From: Candidatus Kaiserbacteria bacterium | GTDB taxonomy: Bacteria > Patescibacteriota > Minisyncoccia > Phycocordibacterales > UBA918 | Assembly: GCA_016699245.1 (NCBI GenBank) | Contig: CP064968.1 | Span: 512,317 to 576,316 of the forward strand | Direction of reading: 5' to 3' | Length of the DNA stretch: 64,000 nucleotides | The notes under the pieces: generated by a model | Databases searched by the model: none | What the model saw: only the letters and a program-made list of their open reading frames with translations | What the model was told of the DNA's origin: nothing | Program-made: the position numbers and the translations under genes | In this document: positions 45,679 to 55,153 of the stretch, piece after piece | Layout of the letters: each line of letters begins with the position of its first letter | How positions within the stretch are numbered: position 1 is the stretch's first letter

Positions 45679-46053
45679 CTAATCGTCAAACCCCCCACGT
45701 CCTTGGTCGTGTGAACTATAGTCAGTATCTGAAGACCATGAGAGATAGAGTCTTTCCTCATACCCTCCCTTCTCCTCAATACTTTTTTCAACTGCACCAT
45801 CGAGTTCTGCATCAGTAATGCTATACTCTTTTTTTACCGCATCAATCGTAATGAGTAGGTCGGCGAGTTCTTTAAGGAGACTCGAGCGACCAGAATGATT
45901 GGAGACGCCACTTGCTTCTTCATACACTTTTCTGACAATTTCGCGCTGATATTCCTCATGGTCTACTTCACGGACGTCACACTCAAAACCTTTCCCTATA
46001 ATAATTTCAGGCACCTTATCGCGACAGAGTTTGTTGTAATAAATCTTCTCCAT
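45679..46053 (-). CDS. MazG-like / HisE-like nucleoside triphosphate pyrophosphohydrolase family protein
   Basis: YNKLCRDKVPEII...LLKELADLLITIDAV...EKGGYEERLYL pattern of the small all-alpha NTP pyrophosphohydrolase family. Confidence 0.55.
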   Translation of the reverse strand: MEKIYYNKLCRDKVPEIIIGKGFECDVREVDHEEYQREIVRKVYEEASGVSNHSGRSSLLKELADLLITIDAVKKEYSITDAELDGAVEKSIEEKGGYEERLYLSWSSDTDYSSHDQGRGGFDD

Positions 46054-46090
46054 ATTTATATTTTAGTTATATGATTTATTAATTTGCTCA

Positions 46091-47005
46091 TTATACTCCT
46101 TGTCCTGGCTGAGGAATAGGTGCTGGCACGCTTTTACGCCCAAGCATACTTTCGAGCAATTCTTGATTAAAGTTTTGGGGAACTATGTGTTCAGACGCAT
46201 ATACATACAAAAGTGTACGTAAAACGCTTTCCAAAACTGCACTCAAAAGACTTGCGAAGATAATTGCAAAAATCAGTACTCCTCCCCCCATAAGCATTAT
46301 AACAGGTGATATTTTTACAATGAAAGCGAATCCTATGAATGCAAAAATGATAACCACGAAGAATACAAAGAACATGAGGCCAAGAGAAAAATTCGCAATT
46401 AATGTCTCCCCCCACGTGCGCTTAAACACACTGCCTGAGTGACCTATCGCACCAAAGGCAGACTTTTTATCAATCACAATTGCAGGTACCACAAAGTAGG
46501 TGAGTACCGACCACATCGCACCCATCACCGCTACCAGTATTTTTACCAAAAGTTGTGAACGTTCGGCGATGGTGCGTAAAAGTATTCCCACAGTACTTGT
46601 AATACATGCCCAGACAAGAAGTGCTGATGCGTGTGATGCAGCAACTTTAATGCCATCTCCCAGTGTTGCATCACCACCGTGGATACGAGTGTACACAATA
46701 TGTGTAATGACTGCCTGCGAAAACGCGAGCACAAATGCACTCATCACATAAAAAGCAAAGAGTGCCACGTATTCAGGTGTTGAAAGCTGCACAGTATCTC
46801 CACCCTCAACAAACACCCCTGCCGGAATACATACAGCAACAACCGCGACTCCTAAAATAAAGAGTTGCGCGATGAGTGCAATAACGGGCACAAAGAGCAT
46901 TTCCTTGTCTGCCCAAAAGAATCGAAAGGTTTCGGTAAAGAGTAATCTGCTTGCACGAAAACGACCAATTTTCTGGCCATTAAGGACTATCGGTGTTTGT
47001 GACAT
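46091..47005 (-). CDS. Hypothetical polytopic membrane protein
   Basis: 304 aa, ~6 TM helices, no recognised motif. Immediately downstream of lemA (3-nt gap), suggesting an operon. Confidence 0.45.
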   Translation of the reverse strand: MSQTPIVLNGQKIGRFRASRLLFTETFRFFWADKEMLFVPVIALIAQLFILGVAVVAVCIPAGVFVEGGDTVQLSTPEYVALFAFYVMSAFVLAFSQAVITHIVYTRIHGGDATLGDGIKVAASHASALLVWACITSTVGILLRTIAERSQLLVKILVAVMGAMWSVLTYFVVPAIVIDKKSAFGAIGHSGSVFKRTWGETLIANFSLGLMFFVFFVVIIFAFIGFAFIVKISPVIMLMGGGVLIFAIIFASLLSAVLESVLRTLLYVYASEHIVPQNFNQELLESMLGRKSVPAPIPQPGQGV

Positions 47006-47007
47006 AT

Positions 47008-47688
47008 CTAGAAACTAACTTTTACCGGCTCTTTTTCTACACTTCCCTCTTCGAGTTCAAAGAATGACTCACCCTTAAATCCAAACATGTTACCAATGAC
47101 ATTTGAAGGAAACGACTGCAGCGCAATCGAAAGATCGCGTACATTGCCGTTGTAGAAACGACGAGCGGCCTGAATCTTGTTTTCAGTATCACTGAGTTCA
47201 CGCTGAAGCTCGAGAAAGTTTGTATTTGCCTTGAGGTCTGGGTATGCCTCTGCTACTGCAAGGAGTTTCCCGAGAGCCTGTCCGAGTCCTGCCTCTGCGC
47301 CTGCCATTGCTGCAAGTGTTTCAGGAGTAATGTTGCTTGGATCCACGTGCACCTTTGTGGCTTCTGCACGTGCATTGGTCACCGCGTCAAACGTCTCGCG
47401 TTCATGAGACGCGTATCCCTTTACCGTTTCGACGAGGTTTGGAATAAGGTCATATCGACGCTTCAATTGCACATCAATATCTGCCCACGCTTCCTTGGTC
47501 CGCTGAATGAGTTTTATAAAGTTGTTGTACGCAACAATAGCCCAAAAGACTATCACTCCAACAACCGCTAAAATAATATATGTAGGTGTCATAAAAATTA
47601 AAATATTCCTTATAATCAAAGGTACATATAGTATATCACCGCAGAATAGGAATAAAAGCGTCAATATGCAGAAAACCAGCGCGACCAA
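47008..47688 (-). CDS. lemA: LemA-family protein
   Basis: N-terminal TM then the LemA signature (AIVAYNNFIKLIQRTKEAWADIDVQLKRRYDLIPNLVETVKGYASHERETF...ARRFYNGNVRDLSIALQSFPSNVIGNMFGF). True start probably MTPTYIIL near 47590. Confidence 0.8.
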   Translation of the reverse strand: MVALVFCILTLLFLFCGDILYVPLIIRNILIFMTPTYIILAVVGVIVFWAIVAYNNFIKLIQRTKEAWADIDVQLKRRYDLIPNLVETVKGYASHERETFDAVTNARAEATKVHVDPSNITPETLAAMAGAEAGLGQALGKLLAVAEAYPDLKANTNFLELQRELSDTENKIQAARRFYNGNVRDLSIALQSFPSNVIGNMFGFKGESFFELEEGSVEKEPVKVSF

Positions 47689-47744
47689 AGGTCGCGCTGG
47701 TTTTATTTTCTATTCCCTATTATCTTTTTTCTATCTTCTATCCT

Positions 47745-49394
47745 TTAGTACATTCCGCCTCCTCCCATGCCTCCCATGCCCATATCAGGCATTGCGGGCT
47801 TTTCTGGCTCGGGGGCATCGGCGATAGCCACTTCTGACGTAAGGAGAATCGCAACGGCGGATACCGCGTGCTGGACCCCTGCACGTCCTACTTTCACCGG
47901 GTCGATGATACCTGCCTTTATCATGTCGTCTACCATCTCTGCCTTCGCAGCATCGTAGCCGGCATTTCCTCCTGCGTCCTTCACCTTTTGTACAATAACT
48001 GCCCCATCATCCTTCCCTACATTGTCTGCAAGTTGCTTGAGTGGTTCTTCAAGTGCCTTAAGTACAATGCGGTAGCCGATGAGCTCGTCACGGCCGAGTG
48101 TCTTATCAACACGGCCTTCAACGATTCCTGCAACGCGTGAGAGTGACGTACCGCCTCCTGGCACAATCCCTTCTTCAATCGCTGCCTTGGTAGCATTTAC
48201 TGCATCTTCAATCTTGAGTTTGAGATACTTCATCTCTGTCTCAGTCGCAGCACCTACCTTGATAACTGCTACACCACCCGAAAGTTTTGCAATACGTTCC
48301 TCAAGTTTTTCCTTATCAAATTTCGAATCAGTCTGAGCGAGTTGTGCGCGAAGAGTTTCAACACGAGCAGTAATTGCTTCCTTCTTACCCTGCCCACCCA
48401 CAATCACGGTCTTGTCTTTTGTTGCTACTACACGGTCTGCTTTTCCAAGTTGGCTTAGTTCGGCCTTCTCAAGTGAAAGTCCTACTTCCTCAGAAATTAC
48501 CTGCCCACCGGTCATCACCGCAATATCATTCAGTATTTCTTTCTTTCGATCGCCGTACCCTGGTGCCTTTACCGCAAGAACAGAGAATCCGCCACGAAGT
48601 TTGTTCACCACAAATGTGGCAAGCGCTTCACCGTCTACATCATCAGCAATAATAACGAGTTCCTTCTTCCCTGTTTGCGCAACTTGTTCGAGGAGTGGAA
48701 GGATATCCTTTGCAGAACTCACTTTCTTGTCGGTAATAAGCACGAGTGCATTCTTGTACTCAGCTTCCATGCGCTCGGTGTTGGTAATCATGTATGGAGA
48801 CACGTAGCCACGGTCAAACTCCATACCCTCGGTAAATTCTGTTTCGATTCCAAATGACTGTGACTCTTCTACGGTCACCACACCATCTTTCCCCACTTTC
48901 TCGATAGTCTCAGCAATCTTTGCACCAATTTCCTCGCTCTCTGCAGAGATGGTTGCTACTTGCTTGATTTCCTCGGTTGTAGAAATCTGTTTTGCCATTT
49001 CGCGAAGTGCCTTCACGACATCTACAGACGCCATCTCCATACCACGGCGTACTCCCATAGCATTCACACCCATAGTGGTGTGCTTGAGTCCTTCCGTGAG
49101 GAGTGCTTGTGTGAGGATAGTCGCGGTAGTGGTACCGTCTCCTGCAAGTTCATTGGTTTTATTTGCTACTTCTTTCACAATCTCAGCACCCATGTTCTCA
49201 AACTTATCTTTGAGTGTGATTTCCTTTGCGATTGATACGCCGTCGTTCGTAATCGTTGGGCTACCGTAGCCTTTATCAATGATTGCATTCCGTCCACGGG
49301 GACCGAGTGTTACTTTCACGGCGTTTGCTACCGTATCAACACCTTTCTTGAGTCGCTTTTTTACATCTTCTCCATAGATTACTTCTTTTGCCAT
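47745..49394 (-). CDS. groL: Chaperonin GroEL (Cpn60)
   Basis: MAKEVIYGEDVKKRL N-terminus, canonical GroEL blocks throughout (AVKVTLGPRGRNAI, DGTTTATIL), and a C-terminal GGM tail (MGMGGMGGGGMY). Confidence 0.95.
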   Translation of the reverse strand: MAKEVIYGEDVKKRLKKGVDTVANAVKVTLGPRGRNAIIDKGYGSPTITNDGVSIAKEITLKDKFENMGAEIVKEVANKTNELAGDGTTTATILTQALLTEGLKHTTMGVNAMGVRRGMEMASVDVVKALREMAKQISTTEEIKQVATISAESEEIGAKIAETIEKVGKDGVVTVEESQSFGIETEFTEGMEFDRGYVSPYMITNTERMEAEYKNALVLITDKKVSSAKDILPLLEQVAQTGKKELVIIADDVDGEALATFVVNKLRGGFSVLAVKAPGYGDRKKEILNDIAVMTGGQVISEEVGLSLEKAELSQLGKADRVVATKDKTVIVGGQGKKEAITARVETLRAQLAQTDSKFDKEKLEERIAKLSGGVAVIKVGAATETEMKYLKLKIEDAVNATKAAIEEGIVPGGGTSLSRVAGIVEGRVDKTLGRDELIGYRIVLKALEEPLKQLADNVGKDDGAVIVQKVKDAGGNAGYDAAKAEMVDDMIKAGIIDPVKVGRAGVQHAVSAVAILLTSEVAIADAPEPEKPAMPDMGMGGMGGGGMY

Positions 49395-49544
49395 GCTTAG
49401 ATTCTGTTATGAGCGTAAGCGAATTAGAGAATCTTAGCCGTCTCAAAATCCTATTCCTAATGGATTTTGTGACGCACCAGCTCCAACGCTTAGCTTGTTA
49501 AGGTTTGTAAAAGATCCTTCTCAATTAAAATTACTAATTTCGAA

Positions 49545-49856
49545 TCATTGGATAATCCCCAAAATACTTGAAGCCGATACAATATAGAGTTCTTCTCCTC
49601 CCATCTTCACCTCATCAAATCCGTATTTCGAGAAAATAATCCTATCACCTACCTTTACATCCATAGGAATTCGTTTTTCGCCATCTTCGTCCCATTTACC
49701 CGCTCCCACTGCAACGACAATTCCCTGTTCTGGCTTCTCTTTGCTTACCGTATCAGGAATAATAATACCTGATGCTGATTTTGTGCCCGCTTCTTCATCG
49801 GTGAGGCGTCTGACGACCACACGGTCTAGAAGTGGCTTTATAGTATTTGAACTCAT
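49545..49856 (-). CDS. groS: Co-chaperonin GroES (Cpn10)
   Basis: IKPLLDRVVVRR...SGIIIPDTVSKEKPEQGIVVAVGAG...VKVGDRIIFSKYG. Likely start MSSNTIKPL at 49856. Confidence 0.9.
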   Translation of the reverse strand: MSSNTIKPLLDRVVVRRLTDEEAGTKSASGIIIPDTVSKEKPEQGIVVAVGAGKWDEDGEKRIPMDVKVGDRIIFSKYGFDEVKMGGEELYIVSASSILGIIQ

Positions 49857-49902
49857 ATACAAATATTTTTTCCTTAATGCTTTTAATGTCTACTGCGGGG
49901 GT

Positions 49903-49931
49903 ATTATACGAGCGACTCAACGTAGTGTCCA
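49903..49931 (-). promoter_or_regulatory. Putative sigma-70-type promoter of groES-groEL
   Basis: On the minus strand, TGGACA, a 17-bp spacer, then TATAAT, ~45 nt upstream of the groES start. No CIRCE-like element seen between promoter and start. Confidence 0.45.
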
Positions 49932-50167
49932 GAGATTGTGTTTTTACGTCATTAAAAAGACATTTTTAATGTGACAAAAATAAAAAAGGGCCCGTGATGC
50001 GTGTTGCATCCGGTGCCCTTTGTGAACGCATTTCATACGTAAAGAAGTCATACCGTAGATGCTTTATATTAAGTACTACACATGTATATACTCCAAATGG
50101 CTTATAATAAAGATATTCCTCACTGAACTTTGATTATTTGAGAGTCTGTGATACTATCTTCACTATC

Positions 50168-50398
50168 ATGGAAATAGTCCGTACCATACTGCCGTACGCA
50201 CAAATTATTCTCTCCATCATTCTCATTGCAGCAATTTTGCTTCAACAGCGAGGATCAAGCATGGGTGGCGCCTTCGGAGGAGACAATTTTAGTGCGACGT
50301 ACCATACACGACGAGGAGCAGAACTCTTCTTATATCGCTTGTCTATAGTACTTGCTATCTTGTTTGTAGCATCTACTTTCCTGAGTTTTATCATCTAA
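50168..50398 (+). CDS. secG: Preprotein translocase subunit SecG
   Basis: IILSIILIAAILLQQRGSSMGGAFGGDNFSATYHTRRGAELFLYRLSIVLAILFVASTFL matches the SecG pattern (LLQ..KG.G.GGAFGG...RG.E..L.R.T). Start MEIVRTIL at 50168. Confidence 0.8.
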   Translation: MEIVRTILPYAQIILSIILIAAILLQQRGSSMGGAFGGDNFSATYHTRRGAELFLYRLSIVLAILFVASTFLSFII

Positions 50399-50464
50399 TA
50401 TCAGTACACGGTTTTTGTGTATACACCTTCTTTAGTGTGCTCCTCACAAAGCACATAGCCATAC

Positions 50465-52216
50465 TTGGCCTCTCGTATGTCCTTACGTAATTCTTTTTCT
50501 CAAAAAAAGCACTCACTCATTGATGCATATTTTGCAAAGATGCACGCACTCCGTGCGAGCGACGCATTCTTTCTCAAATTAGCGCTTTTCATTACAGCGT
50601 TCTGTGGACTCATCCTTCTTGCACAAGCAAGTCTTCGAGAAACTGTGCAAATCCCCGCATTTGGTGGAACTTTCAGTGAGGGAATCATTGGTACGCCACG
50701 TTTTGTTAACCCAGTACTAGCAGTCACGCGTGCCGACCGTGACCTTTCGACACTTATCTATGACGGTCTTATGCGCCTCGGTGTTGATGGCACACTCGTC
50801 CCAAGTATCGCCGAATCAGTAACCATCTCTGAAGATGGTCTCACGTATAGTATTGTCGTAAAGCAAAACATCTACTTTCATGATGGAACGCCCCTTACCG
50901 CACGCGATGTTGTATTTACCGCTTCGCGCATTCAGGACCCTGCACTCAACAGTCCGCTTAGCGGTAATTTTGATGGCGTCGTCGTTGAGGAAATAGGTGA
51001 ATATGAACTTAACTTTATACTCCCAGAAGCATACGGGCCTTTCACTGAAAATCTTACCTTTGGTATTATCCCCGAACATATATGGAAAGAAGCTGGTACT
51101 GATGAATTTCCTTTTAGCCAATACAATAGTGAACCAATCGGCTCAGGTCCGTACCAAATCAAAACCATTGCACGGAACACCTCGGGTATTCCCGTCTCAT
51201 ACACACTCACCGCCAACAAAGGTTTCCACATCACGGCACCAAAAATTGAAACATTAGAGTTTTACTTTTATCCCACAGAAGACCAGTTACGAGATGCTTT
51301 CACAAAAGGCATTATCGAGAGTGTTGTAGGGATTGACCCAGCGTACATCGATCAATTTGGTCTTGCCCCACTGACACACCACCTTGAGCGCATTCCACTC
51401 CCCCGTACGTTTGCACTCTTTATCAATCAGAATAAATCCCTTGCACTCCGCGATCCTGCGGCACGAGAAGCACTAAATGTTGCCGTAGACCGTACGACAC
51501 TCATCGAGAGCACGTTAGGTGGATATGGGAATGCACTCACGTCACCAGTCCCTCCGGGATTTACTCAGGTCACAAGTGCAACTGCCACTCTCCCGAGTGT
51601 CGACACTGCGCGTGAAATACTTCGAAACGGTGGGTGGAAGATGAATGATGAAACACAACACTGGGAAAAGACTATCGGTGGAGAAGTAGTCCCTCTTATC
51701 TTTAGTATCTCAACAGCAAACAATGGCACTTTTGAAGCAACCGCAGAATATTTACGAAATGTCTGGACGAGTCTGGGTGCAGAAGTAACGGTAAAACAGT
51801 TTGAACAGTCCGACCTTACCCAAGCAGTGATTCGTCCACGCGACTATGAGACACTCCTCTTTGGGACTCAGTTGGGACGCTCGCTCGATTACTACTCATT
51901 CTGGCACTCATCCCAGCGTACCAATCCCGGTCTCAACGTGGCACTCTACGCCAACATCACCACTGACTCAATCCTTTCAGAGATGCGCAGAAGTGCCGAC
52001 CACACTGGCCGCGATGCAGCAATTCAGAAATTCATCGAAGAACTCAATACCGAAACGCCTGCAATCTTTCTCTACGCACCAGAACTCTTATACATTGTTC
52101 CAAATAAAATTACCGGAGCGACATTTACAGGAGTGAGTGAACCATACGAGCGATTTAGCACCATATATGATTGGTACATTCAGACCGAATCCATTTGGCC
52201 ATTTTTCAAAAAATAA
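50465..52216 (+). CDS. ABC transporter substrate-binding protein, family 5 (peptide/nickel type), membrane-anchored
   Basis: N-terminal TM anchor. SBP_bac_5-like blocks (GGTFSEGIIGTPRFVNPVLAVTRADRDLSTLIYDGLMRL...ESVTISEDGLTYSIVVKQNIYFHDGTPLTARDVVFT). Confidence 0.7.
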   Translation: MASRMSLRNSFSQKKHSLIDAYFAKMHALRASDAFFLKLALFITAFCGLILLAQASLRETVQIPAFGGTFSEGIIGTPRFVNPVLAVTRADRDLSTLIYDGLMRLGVDGTLVPSIAESVTISEDGLTYSIVVKQNIYFHDGTPLTARDVVFTASRIQDPALNSPLSGNFDGVVVEEIGEYELNFILPEAYGPFTENLTFGIIPEHIWKEAGTDEFPFSQYNSEPIGSGPYQIKTIARNTSGIPVSYTLTANKGFHITAPKIETLEFYFYPTEDQLRDAFTKGIIESVVGIDPAYIDQFGLAPLTHHLERIPLPRTFALFINQNKSLALRDPAAREALNVAVDRTTLIESTLGGYGNALTSPVPPGFTQVTSATATLPSVDTAREILRNGGWKMNDETQHWEKTIGGEVVPLIFSISTANNGTFEATAEYLRNVWTSLGAEVTVKQFEQSDLTQAVIRPRDYETLLFGTQLGRSLDYYSFWHSSQRTNPGLNVALYANITTDSILSEMRRSADHTGRDAAIQKFIEELNTETPAIFLYAPELLYIVPNKITGATFTGVSEPYERFSTIYDWYIQTESIWPFFKK

Positions 52217-52245
52217 TTACACACATAAATTAATAACACTATAGT

Positions 52246-54300
52246 ATGGAACCAACACAAAATAGACCACTAGGAGGAGAGCCTCGAAAGCGGCGCACCG
52301 CACATTTTTCTCACACAAAACAACGTCCTTTGATTCGTGTATCACGCCACACCGGCACTACTTCTCCTTCAGGAGCACCACGGGTAGCGGCACCGGGAGC
52401 AACTGCACATGCAGCCACAGGAGATGCTCGAGGAGGACAGCACAGCCGCCGCGGCGGTAATCGGAAGCCCACAGATCGCCAAAATAACGGCGGACGCACC
52501 CAAGGTAACGGAAAGCCAGTGCGCCACGAGCGTGTACGCAAGGGACGTCAAATGACGAGTCCAGCACTCAATCAGCGTATGGCGATTCACGATCCAAAAG
52601 TAATTCCTGTACCTCCTCTTACCGACCCCGACATTGTGCGCATTGTCCCTCTCGGCGGTGTCGAAGAAGTGGGAAAGAACATGATTGCAGTGGAAACTGT
52701 CGACGATATTCTTATCTTCGATGCAGGATTCCAGTTTGTGTCATCTGAAAATGATGCTCCGGGAGTCAATTACATTCTTCCCAACACACAGTATCTCGAA
52801 CAAAATAAACACAAAATCAAAGGACTCATCATTACGCACGGTCACCTCGACCACATCGGTGGTATTCCTTTCCTTATTGAGCGTATTGGCAATCCACCAA
52901 TATACACCCGCTACCTCACCTCCCTTATGATTTTGAAGCGTCAGGAGGAATTTCCACATCTTCCCAAAGTAACCATGAACGTGGTGGAACTTAATCAGCG
53001 AATCAAGATTGGCAACACGTACATCAAACCATTCCCCGTGACACACTCAATTCCCGACTCAATGGGCATCTCTGTTGAAACAAAACACGGTAACGTGGTG
53101 ATTTCGGGAGACCTCAAACTCGATCACGATGGTACTGATCCATCACCAAAAGAAAAAGAAACGTGGGGTGGCCTCGGTAAGGATAAGAACATTCTTTTCA
53201 TAGGAGACTCCACCAACGCAGAGCGCGATGGTTTCTCCATTCCTGAGTTGCGTGTTCATACCAACATCGAACAAATTATTCGAAACGTGCGTGGACGACT
53301 TATTGTCGGCACCTTTGCGTCCCAGTTTGAGCGCATGATTCGCATCATTATGATTTGTGAGGAACTCGGGAAGAAAATAGTCCTTGAGGGTCGCTCTATC
53401 AAGACAAACCTCGAAATTGCTGAACTCGCTGGCCTCATGAAAGTACAAAAAGACACCATCATTCCTATTCAAGATATTGGTAACTACCCTTCCGATCGTA
53501 TTGTGGTACTCGCTACCGGTGCACAGGGTGAGGAGTTTGCCGCACTCATGCGTATTGCAACCCAACGTCATAAGTTTATTACCCTCAATGACCGTGACAC
53601 CATTATGCTTTCATCATCGGTTATTCCGGGCAACGAACTGTCTGTACAGACACTGAAAGACAATCTGTACCGTCGCGGTGTGCACATTATTCACTACCGT
53701 GCATCAGATGTGCACTCGACTGGTCACGGAAACTCCGGTGAACTCGTGTGGATTCGTGAACAAGTAAAACCAACATTCGTAATGCCTGCATACGGCTACC
53801 ACTCAATGCTTCGTTGTCATGCATACGCCAATATAGAAGCAGGCTTCCCCCGCGAGAATATCATTCTCGCCGACAATGGCTCCGTGATTGAAATCAAAAA
53901 TGGTACTGAGATGGTCATACGAAAGGAAAAGGCCCCATCAGAAATTATGATGGTGGATGGCTTCACGGTAGGTACGAGGCAAGAGGTCGTGATTCGCGAT
54001 CGCCAATCGCTTTCTGAAGATGGTATGTTTGTCATCATTGCTACCATCAACACCAAGACGGGTACACTTCGTAAGTCACCTGATATTATTTCCCGCGGAT
54101 TTGTGTACCTTCGTGAAAACCAACAATTGCTTTCAGAAGCCCGTGTCCTCATCAAGAAAACTGTTGAACGGAATACAGAAAAAGCAAATCCAATCGACCT
54201 TGATTTTGTAAAAGATGAAATTACACAAGTGGTATCTGGCTTCCTTCTTCAGAAAACAAATAAAACCCCAATGGTGATTCCAGTTCTTATCGGCATATAA
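52246..54300 (+). CDS. rnj: Ribonuclease J (metallo-beta-lactamase / beta-CASP) with an Arg/Gly-rich N-terminal extension
   Basis: LIITHGHLDHIGG (HxHxDH), beta-CASP motifs, and the RNase J C-terminal domain. First ~100 aa are basic and low-complexity. Alternative start at Met 52552 (MTSPALNQ). Confidence 0.8.
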   Translation: MEPTQNRPLGGEPRKRRTAHFSHTKQRPLIRVSRHTGTTSPSGAPRVAAPGATAHAATGDARGGQHSRRGGNRKPTDRQNNGGRTQGNGKPVRHERVRKGRQMTSPALNQRMAIHDPKVIPVPPLTDPDIVRIVPLGGVEEVGKNMIAVETVDDILIFDAGFQFVSSENDAPGVNYILPNTQYLEQNKHKIKGLIITHGHLDHIGGIPFLIERIGNPPIYTRYLTSLMILKRQEEFPHLPKVTMNVVELNQRIKIGNTYIKPFPVTHSIPDSMGISVETKHGNVVISGDLKLDHDGTDPSPKEKETWGGLGKDKNILFIGDSTNAERDGFSIPELRVHTNIEQIIRNVRGRLIVGTFASQFERMIRIIMICEELGKKIVLEGRSIKTNLEIAELAGLMKVQKDTIIPIQDIGNYPSDRIVVLATGAQGEEFAALMRIATQRHKFITLNDRDTIMLSSSVIPGNELSVQTLKDNLYRRGVHIIHYRASDVHSTGHGNSGELVWIREQVKPTFVMPAYGYHSMLRCHAYANIEAGFPRENIILADNGSVIEIKNGTEMVIRKEKAPSEIMMVDGFTVGTRQEVVIRDRQSLSEDGMFVIIATINTKTGTLRKSPDIISRGFVYLRENQQLLSEARVLIKKTVERNTEKANPIDLDFVKDEITQVVSGFLLQKTNKTPMVIPVLIGI

Positions 54301-54392
54301 CTTAAGATGGCTTGCCCCGTACGAAACTCTGCTTTGTACTGGGGTTATCCCTGTACTCATTGGTATTTAGTTACGTCGCTTTTGATGACACC

Positions 54393-54421
54393 AAAAAACT
54401 GGGCTTAATACCCAGTTTTTC
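54393..54421. terminator. Bidirectional hairpin terminator between rnj and the toxin gene
   Basis: aaaaactggg-cttaata-cccagttttt. Confidence 0.6.
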
Positions 54422-54441
54422 GTGCTAAACAGAGTCACCCA

Positions 54442-54777
54442 CTATACAATGAAATCGTTAATTGCAGTGGTGAGTTTTTTATACAATACATTCTCAAGTA
54501 CACCGACTATACCGAGAGACATTTTTGTATCGAGGGTTGCAATTTTTGTGTATCGAATATATGACACCGCCTTGAGTCGATTCTGCGGTGTTGGTTTTAT
54601 TTCTATATTGAGTTCACTTTTTGGCTTCATGGTTGTGACAAAGACAACGGTCATGTCATTTTGGTCATGTCCAATAACAATACATGGTCGTAATTTATTT
54701 TGCGAAAGGTCAGTAAATGGAAATGGGATGAGATGTATTTCACCTTTCACTGGTTGAATAGTTTTTTTTGAATGCAT
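54442..54777 (-). CDS. MazF/PemK-family type II toxin
   Basis: GEIHLIPFPFTDLSQNKLRPCIVIGHD...VVFVTTMK...LKAVSYIRYTKIATLDTKMSLGIVGVLEN. PemK-like layout, immediately downstream of the antitoxin gene. Confidence 0.65.
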   Translation of the reverse strand: MHSKKTIQPVKGEIHLIPFPFTDLSQNKLRPCIVIGHDQNDMTVVFVTTMKPKSELNIEIKPTPQNRLKAVSYIRYTKIATLDTKMSLGIVGVLENVLYKKLTTAINDFIV

Positions 54778-54783
54778 ATGAAA

Positions 54784-55026
54784 CTACCGAAGAATATCTG
54801 CAATCGAATAGAGGTCTGGTTCATCATCTAAGAAATCGAAACTTGCGGAATTTGCATTCACGTTCGTGATATCGCTCACTTCCTTGCGATAGTGGGATGG
54901 GAATTTGATAAGTATCGCTTCAGGAACATTTCGACGCCCAATCACAAATACACCATCACGCTCCTTGAGCGCTTCTATAATTTGCGGAAGTGTGTTTCGT
55001 GCTTTGCTTGTTGATATCACATTCAT
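54784..55026 (-). CDS. Phd/YefM-family type II antitoxin
   Basis: MNVISTSKARNTLPQIIEALKERDGVFVIGRRNVPEAILI (Phd/YefM N-terminal fold pattern) with an acidic C-terminal tail. 6-nt gap to the toxin gene. Confidence 0.65.
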   Translation of the reverse strand: MNVISTSKARNTLPQIIEALKERDGVFVIGRRNVPEAILIKFPSHYRKEVSDITNVNANSASFDFLDDEPDLYSIADILR

Positions 55027-55153
55027 ACCTGTATGATATCAACAATCACTATTTTGTGCAAATTGTACAAAATCAAAAATATTGATAAAAATAAAGGGCT
55101 GAACTACTCTGAAAACACCCTGTTTCCGAGATACGCTGTGATAAAATAGGCAC

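Noticed and set aside
49863-49902. CIRCE heat-shock operator upstream of groES
   Set aside because: I looked for TTAGCACTC-N9-GAGTGCTAA or a close variant between the promoter and the start codon and did not find one.
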